Assembly: GCA_011620135.1 (NCBI GenBank)
Contig: WOZS01000040.1
Coordinates: 5,341-62,395 of the forward strand
Direction of reading: 5' to 3'
Origin: Gammaproteobacteria bacterium
GTDB taxonomy: Bacteria > Pseudomonadota > Gammaproteobacteria > WOZS01
DNA: 57,055 bases
The notes under the pieces were generated by a model. It was not told where the DNA came from and made no database searches. It worked only from the letters and a program-made list of their open reading frames with translations. Position 1 is the stretch's first letter. Every line of letters begins with the position of its first letter. Shown here one piece after another: positions 51,630 through 57,055 of this stretch. Both the position numbers and the translations under genes were made by a program.

Positions 51630-52880
51630 ATGTCTGCCTATCCTGCAACAGGGCCTGTGCCCTCGTGGCGGCGCACCATGATCGTCATGGTTGCTGTCCA
51701 GGGGATCATTGGCCTGGCGCTCACCGCCATGGCCCCCATCCTGCCGGCCTATCTCAGGCAACTGGGTGTCACCACGCCCCGGGGCATCGAGCTGTGGAGC
51801 GGGGCGTTGATGTCGGTCAATTTCCTGCTCGCGGCCCTGGTCTCCCCCATCTGGGGCATGCTGGGTGACCGTTTCGGTCGCAAGGCCATGGTGCTGCGCT
51901 CCACCGTGGCCATTTGCCTGTTCACAGCCCTGATGGGTTTTGCAAACCACGTCTGGCAGCTGGTGGCGCTGCGCGGTGCCATGGGGCTGTTCTCCGGCTT
52001 CTCGGCTGCGGCCATTGCCTTGATGGCCAGCCAGGCCCCCGACCACCGCCTGGGTTATGCCTTGAGTTGGCTCAACTCGGGCCAACTGGCAGGCGCGCTG
52101 CTGGGGCCTGTGGCAGCCGGTGCCGCAGCCGGTTTCCTGCCCAACGAACGTTATGTCTTTCATGGGGCGGCAGTCCTCATTGGCCTTGCCGCCCTTCTGG
52201 TGGCCTTGCTGATCCGTGAATCCTGGGTACGCCCCAGTGCCACTCAGAAAAAAGGCTTTTTTCGGGGGTTCGGCTCCTCCGGTGCATTGGCGGCACTTTT
52301 CGTTGTCCTGTTGTTGGGGCAAGCGGCGGTACGCACCGTCCAGCCGGTGGTGGCGCTCTTCGTGGAGCAGCTGGCACCCGGCGAGCATGTGGCGCTGCTG
52401 GCCGGCCTGGCCTTTTCCATCACCGGTATTGCCGACCTGCTGGCAGCACCCTTCCTGGGACGGCGCAGCGACCAGCTGGGCTATCGGCGGGTGTTGCTGG
52501 TGAGCCTGCTGGGTGTGGCGTTGATGACGCTGCCCCAATCCTTTGCCCAGAACTACCGCTGGTTTCTGGCGGAACGCTTCGGCGTGGGCCTGTTCCTGGG
52601 CGGCATCCTGCCCTCGGCCTATGCCCTGATCGGGCGGCTCAGCGATCCGGCGCAGCGCGGGGTGGTCTATGGGCTCACCTCCAGCGCGAGCTTGCTGGGC
52701 AATTTCCTGGGCCCGCTCCTGGGTGGTGCGGTGGCCGCTACGGCTGGGCTGCGCATGGTCTTTCCTGTGACCGCAACACTGCTGCTGATCAACTGGCTGT
52801 GGGTGTGGCGCAGCGTGCCCGAGGTGGTGGATCGCAGCCCACCCCAGGATGTGGATGAAGGAACGCGGCCAGACCGTTAG
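51630..52880 (+). CDS. MFS transporter (MdtG-like)
   Basis: SPIWG.LGDRFGRK.M.LR, LR..MGLFSGF, G.L.GP..., LG..SDQLGYR. Confidence 0.9.
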   Translation: MSAYPATGPVPSWRRTMIVMVAVQGIIGLALTAMAPILPAYLRQLGVTTPRGIELWSGALMSVNFLLAALVSPIWGMLGDRFGRKAMVLRSTVAICLFTALMGFANHVWQLVALRGAMGLFSGFSAAAIALMASQAPDHRLGYALSWLNSGQLAGALLGPVAAGAAAGFLPNERYVFHGAAVLIGLAALLVALLIRESWVRPSATQKKGFFRGFGSSGALAALFVVLLLGQAAVRTVQPVVALFVEQLAPGEHVALLAGLAFSITGIADLLAAPFLGRRSDQLGYRRVLLVSLLGVALMTLPQSFAQNYRWFLAERFGVGLFLGGILPSAYALIGRLSDPAQRGVVYGLTSSASLLGNFLGPLLGGAVAATAGLRMVFPVTATLLLINWLWVWRSVPEVVDRSPPQDVDEGTRPDR

Positions 52881-52900
52881 CCGTCAGGTTGCCCCCAGCG

Positions 52901-53956
52901 CTATACGAACCATGTCTTGAGGCGCAGTCCTGCGGCACTGCCACAAAGCGCCATGATGAGCCACAGCCAGCCATGGGCGCTGAACGAGGCGATGCCACTG
53001 AAATAGGCGCCGATGTTGCAGCCCGGCACGATCCTGGAGCCATAGCCCATGAGCAGGCCGCCTGTCAGCTGGCCCAGCAACACCAAGGGTCGGCCATCGA
53101 AGCGCAGCCGCAAAGTGCCCTGCCCCAGCGACCAGGCCATGGCCCCCACCACCACCGCCAGGTTGAGCAGGCTTGCCGGATGGCGCAGCAGTCCAACCTC
53201 GGCCATGTGCGCCACACCCCTGGAGACCGGCCCCACCTGCCAGCCCAGGATTCGGGCGGCCTCGAAACCCCAGCCAGCCATCGCCGTGCTCACTCCCCAG
53301 GGCCTGTGGGTGAGCAGCAACACCAGTCCATTGAGCACGCCCAGGAGACAGGCGGCAGCCCATAAGGCGCGGTCGAAGCCGTGGTGGCGGGCTGCCCACC
53401 AGATGATGCCGACCAGCACGGCGCACTGCCCGGCAACCCCCTGCCAGCCCCAGTGCTCCAATATGGAAAACGAGGGCCACGTCATGTGGCTCCAGAAGGT
53501 GAGGCGGTGCACCTCCCCGGGCAGGCTGCCCGCCATGAAGGCGAGCAGTACAAGCACGGCATTCAGCGAGCCGTTGCCGGTGAGATAGAGCGAGCTCGAG
53601 GCACACGCCGCAGCAAGCTGCATGCCCACGCCGAACAAGAATGCCCCGGCGACAACCCCCAGGCTCAGGGGGTACACGTTGGGCCGCAGGCCGGGCTCGA
53701 GGTACAGCAGTGCCGCGAACACGAGGCTGCCGACCAGCAGCATCACGGCGTGGGCAGCCAGCGTGCGCCGCTCCCCGCCAAGCCAGTTGGCAAAGGCGGC
53801 GCTGAAGGAGAAACGGGCCGCCATGAGCACCATGCCCAGCAGGATGCCGATGGTGGCGATTGCGGCCGTGCGGGGACCCAGGCGTACATCCAGCAACGTC
53901 AGGCAAAGCAGCAGCGGCACCATCACCAGTACGCCGCGCCCCATCCCGAGCTTCAT
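52901..53956 (-). CDS. YeeE/YedE-family (TsuA-like) sulfur-compound transporter
   Basis: [11 protein letters not shown]...[32 protein letters not shown]; ATGA overlap with folD. Confidence 0.88.
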   Translation of the reverse strand: MKLGMGRGVLVMVPLLLCLTLLDVRLGPRTAAIATIGILLGMVLMAARFSFSAAFANWLGGERRTLAAHAVMLLVGSLVFAALLYLEPGLRPNVYPLSLGVVAGAFLFGVGMQLAAACASSSLYLTGNGSLNAVLVLLAFMAGSLPGEVHRLTFWSHMTWPSFSILEHWGWQGVAGQCAVLVGIIWWAARHHGFDRALWAAACLLGVLNGLVLLLTHRPWGVSTAMAGWGFEAARILGWQVGPVSRGVAHMAEVGLLRHPASLLNLAVVVGAMAWSLGQGTLRLRFDGRPLVLLGQLTGGLLMGYGSRIVPGCNIGAYFSGIASFSAHGWLWLIMALCGSAAGLRLKTWFV

Positions 53957-54834
53957 GATGGCTCCCGGGGATGGTCGATGCCCAGATGGGTCAGGTAACA
54001 GCGCAGGGTATTTTCCAGCAATGTGGCCACCGTCATGGGTCCCACGCCGCCAGGTACGGGGGTGATCCAGGCGGCATGTTCCCGGGCGGCCTCAAAATCC
54101 ACATCGCCGGTGAGGCGGCCATCGGCCAGACGGTTCATGCCCACGTCCACCACCACCGCCCCGGGGCGAATCCAGGCACCAGGAATCAAACCTGGATGGC
54201 CCACCGCCACCACCAGCACCTCGGCGCGGCGCACATGGTTTTCCAGGTCCCGGGTAAAACGGTGACAGATGGTCACTGTGGCCCCGGCCAGCAGCAGTTC
54301 CAGGGCCATGGGACGCCCCACGATGCTGGAGGCTCCCACCACCACCGCCTCGGCACCATGCAGGGCAAGCCCCGTGGTCTCCAGCAGGCGCATGATACCC
54401 CATGGTGTGCAGGGTCGCAGCAAGGGCTCGCGTACCACCAGGCGACCCATGTTGAAGGGGTGCAGCCCATCCACATCCTTGCCGGCGTCTACCAGTCCAG
54501 CGATGACCACAGGATCGAGGGGTGGCGGCAGCGGCAGTTGCACAACGATGCCGTCCATGGCGGCAGCGGCGTTGAGTTGTGCCACCACATCCGTCAGGGC
54601 CTTGGCAGTGGTGGTAGCAGGCAGGGCATGAATGCATGCCGCAATACCCACCTCCTCACAGGCAAGGCGTTTTTTCTCCACATAGATCCTGGAAGCCGGA
54701 TCATCACCCACCAGCACCACGGCCAGTCCGGGGGGGCGTTGGGCACCGGCCTTCCGGCAGCGCTCGATGTTTGCGGCCACCGCGTCGCGCACCCGGGCGG
54801 CAAGCGCTCGTCCATCCAGCAGCCGCGCCGTCAT
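53953..54834 (-). CDS. folD: Bifunctional methylenetetrahydrofolate dehydrogenase/cyclohydrolase
   Basis: [52 protein letters not shown]; alternative upstream start 54921. Confidence 0.96.
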   Translation of the reverse strand: MTARLLDGRALAARVRDAVAANIERCRKAGAQRPPGLAVVLVGDDPASRIYVEKKRLACEEVGIAACIHALPATTTAKALTDVVAQLNAAAAMDGIVVQLPLPPPLDPVVIAGLVDAGKDVDGLHPFNMGRLVVREPLLRPCTPWGIMRLLETTGLALHGAEAVVVGASSIVGRPMALELLLAGATVTICHRFTRDLENHVRRAEVLVVAVGHPGLIPGAWIRPGAVVVDVGMNRLADGRLTGDVDFEAAREHAAWITPVPGGVGPMTVATLLENTLRCYLTHLGIDHPREPS

Positions 54835-54848
54835 CGCCCTGTCACCCG

Positions 54849-54872
54849 CATCATGTTCCCCATCATGTTCCC
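54849..54872. repeat. 12-bp tandem duplication (CATCATGTTCCC x2)
   Basis: Read directly between yhdP and the folD core start. Confidence 0.8.
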
Positions 54873-54910
54873 CAGGGTCGCTGTCTGTGCCGCCGGGCTG
54901 ACAGCGTTCC

Positions 54911-57055
54911 TCAACCGCCATGAGCTGGCCTGCCCTTTTCCTTGTCGATCACCGGCGCATTCCAGGCACCGTGCACATGGTAGCGCAGCGTGGTCAGCGC
55001 TCCCAGAGGCTTGTGCAGTACGGTACCCGCCAGCAGCATCGCCCCACCCACCACGGGGCCCCCAGCGATGAGCCCTCCCAGGGAAAGCTCCGTGCTGATC
55101 TCGGGCGTCACCGCCAGGTGCTGGTCAAGCCGACCGTGCCCCAGGTCCACCCAGCCCTTGCTGACCATGCGTCCGATGGGGCCCAGCATGGTGGCATCCT
55201 GTGTGGCGGCCACACCCTGGCGGATCTCGAAGGAACCCTTGATGCTGTTGAAGGTCAGGCCGGGTTCATAGAGGTCGGAAAAATCCAGCTTGAGTCGTCT
55301 GGGCAAGGCATTCAGCCCAAAAACGCCGAACAGACGGCCCAGGCCCGGCTCGATGCCTTCGATGACCCCATCATACAGGGCAAAATGCAGCGTGCCATCG
55401 GGAATCCCCGGGCGGGAGCCTGCGCCGGCCGACGGCGCTGGATACTCACCGGCAAAACGCACCGTGGCCCTTTTGGCACGGAACCCCCCGCTCCATGGCT
55501 GCAGTGTCTGCCAAAAGGCATGCTCCCGCAAGGCTTGCAGCTTCATGGCGGCGCTGCAGGGCGGTTGTTGCGCCCGTGTGCAGTGGGCGTCGAGTGCGAG
55601 GCTTCCCCCGGGAGGACGCAGCGTGGCCTTGACAGTGCCGCCATCGGCCAGGGGGCTGCTGTGAACATGCAGACCACCCAGGGGTAGTTTGCCAAATTGC
55701 AGGTGATCCACCGTCATCTCCAGGTTGGGCCATGGTCGGCCCGCATCATGGGGTCCGCCGTTGCTGCTCTCTAGGAGAGACCAGGTTGCTGCATCCTGGG
55801 GCAGTTGCAGATGATCCAGCTGCAGCTGCCATGCCTGATCCTGGTGCTTGACAACACCTCCCGCCAGCCGGCCTGCCACCGTTCCCCGCCAGTCCCCGGC
55901 CGCATGGCGCTGGGCGCGCACCATCAGCGGGCCCTGATGGCCAGCTCCCAGGTCCAGCTGGTCCACGTCGAGCCGCACCCACCGCCAGGGCAGTGCCAGG
56001 CCCGTTGCCGGGCCCGTTGAGGAAGCCCCCCTGAGCCTGCTTGCATCGGCCACGGTCAGACGGGCAAGCTTCATCTGCAGCGCCAGGCCATCGCTGGGCA
56101 TGGCGGCAGGCGGCAGCCCCATGCCAATGGTTCCCTTTTGCACATGGCCATGCTCATCGAAAAAAAGCATGGCCCTGCCTTGCTCCCCATAATGGGCCGA
56201 CAAAGCCATCAGTGGCTGGGTGCTGCGCTGTTGCAGGGCCAGCCGCAGGGGGCGGCTCTCCTGGGCGCGCTTGCCCAGTGGTTGTGGCAGCGCCAGGGCG
56301 AGCCCCTGCAGATCGCTTTGCAGCGTGCCCGCGATGGCCCCATGGCCAAAGGCGAGCTGCAGGTCCCATGGCGCCTGCCCTTCCAGGATCGGGGGCAGGC
56401 CCAGCATGGCTGGCCCATGGTCACCGCGCAGATTGCCTGTGGCGATGACCTTGCTTTGCAGCCCGGAGCGTTGCAGTATGGCGTGCATGGGGGCGCCCCC
56501 CCATTGCCCATCGAGGCCGGAAGAGAGAAAAAAACCATCCTCATAACGCAATGTGCCCTTGAGAGCGGACACATGCAGTGGGCTTTTACCATAGCCCACT
56601 GCCGCATCATGCATGGTGGCAGCCACCTTGATGTGCTGTTTCTGGTCATGGCGCAGCGGCAAGCCAAGCTGCAGGTGGGCTGTGGCATGGCCCTTGCCCC
56701 AGAGCGCATCGAGCCAATCCATTTCCCGTCCCTGGCTGAAGGGGGCATCCTTGAGAAAACGCAGATAGGCGCTCATGGGCCCCCGCAGATCGGCGTCCAC
56801 CTGGAGATGCAGGCGGCGCAGATCGTCCATGGTGGCCACGGCCTGGTGGATGTCGGTGCCGGCGATGCGCCCCTGCTGGATCACCACGGCCAGCGTGGGC
56901 CCGCCAAAGGTGATGTTGCCCTGCATGCCCGTGATCGCCGGCCAGGGCGGGGCATAATCGAATGTGGCATCGTGTACCTGCAAGGAGGCCACGAAGAGTC
57001 CCGGGTCCTGGGTGTCACCACGGAAGGGGAACCCCTGCAGCGGCCCTGACAGCTC
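54911..57055 (-). CDS. yhdP: YhdP/AsmA2-family periplasm-spanning lipid transport protein, C-terminal part (5' end outside window)
   Basis: Frame open to the edge (...GPLQGFPF...), [21 protein letters not shown].....ALPRRL.LDFSDL...GL.F..I.G, Y.V.G.W..P. Confidence 0.85.
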   Translation of the reverse strand, partial: ELSGPLQGFPFRGDTQDPGLFVASLQVHDATFDYAPPWPAITGMQGNITFGGPTLAVVIQQGRIAGTDIHQAVATMDDLRRLHLQVDADLRGPMSAYLRFLKDAPFSQGREMDWLDALWGKGHATAHLQLGLPLRHDQKQHIKVAATMHDAAVGYGKSPLHVSALKGTLRYEDGFFLSSGLDGQWGGAPMHAILQRSGLQSKVIATGNLRGDHGPAMLGLPPILEGQAPWDLQLAFGHGAIAGTLQSDLQGLALALPQPLGKRAQESRPLRLALQQRSTQPLMALSAHYGEQGRAMLFFDEHGHVQKGTIGMGLPPAAMPSDGLALQMKLARLTVADASRLRGASSTGPATGLALPWRWVRLDVDQLDLGAGHQGPLMVRAQRHAAGDWRGTVAGRLAGGVVKHQDQAWQLQLDHLQLPQDAATWSLLESSNGGPHDAGRPWPNLEMTVDHLQFGKLPLGGLHVHSSPLADGGTVKATLRPPGGSLALDAHCTRAQQPPCSAAMKLQALREHAFWQTLQPWSGGFRAKRATVRFAGEYPAPSAGAGSRPGIPDGTLHFALYDGVIEGIEPGLGRLFGVFGLNALPRRLKLDFSDLYEPGLTFNSIKGSFEIRQGVAATQDATMLGPIGRMVSKGWVDLGHGRLDQHLAVTPEISTELSLGGLIAGGPVVGGAMLLAGTVLHKPLGALTTLRYHVHGAWNAPVIDKEKGRPAHGG

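Overview
A GC-rich proteobacterial (most likely gammaproteobacterial-type) chromosomal segment, mostly housekeeping: aspS, clpB, uvrA-MFS-ssb, phoU, tsaB, pdxH, MoxR/DUF58/transglutaminase, petABC, tRNA-Ile2(CAT), rpsU-dnaG-rpoD, def-fmt-rsmB, LysM-dprA-smg-topA-tsaC-hemF, folD and a partial yhdP. Accessory material is interspersed: (i) a left-end minus-strand block with an uncharacterised outer-membrane beta-barrel behind a sigma54-type promoter and candidate activator palindrome, a DUF4124 protein, and a ureidoglycolate-lyase-like gene coupled to an AtzD/barbiturase-family ring-opening amidohydrolase with unusual active-site loop substitutions; (ii) a divergent circularly permuted ATP-grasp/alpha-E fusion appended to the pet operon and lacking its usual partners; (iii) a compositionally foreign-looking Zn alcohol dehydrogenase beside the tRNA 3' end; (iv) a stand-alone protease-propeptide-like lipoprotein, Tat sulfatase, Cys-less thiolase/DUF35 pair, Ca2+/H+ antiporter, MFS and YeeE/YedE transporter. 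No CRISPR array, integrase, transposase, phage gene or rRNA was seen. All calls are from motif recognition by eye; no database searches were run, and start codons are best estimates.
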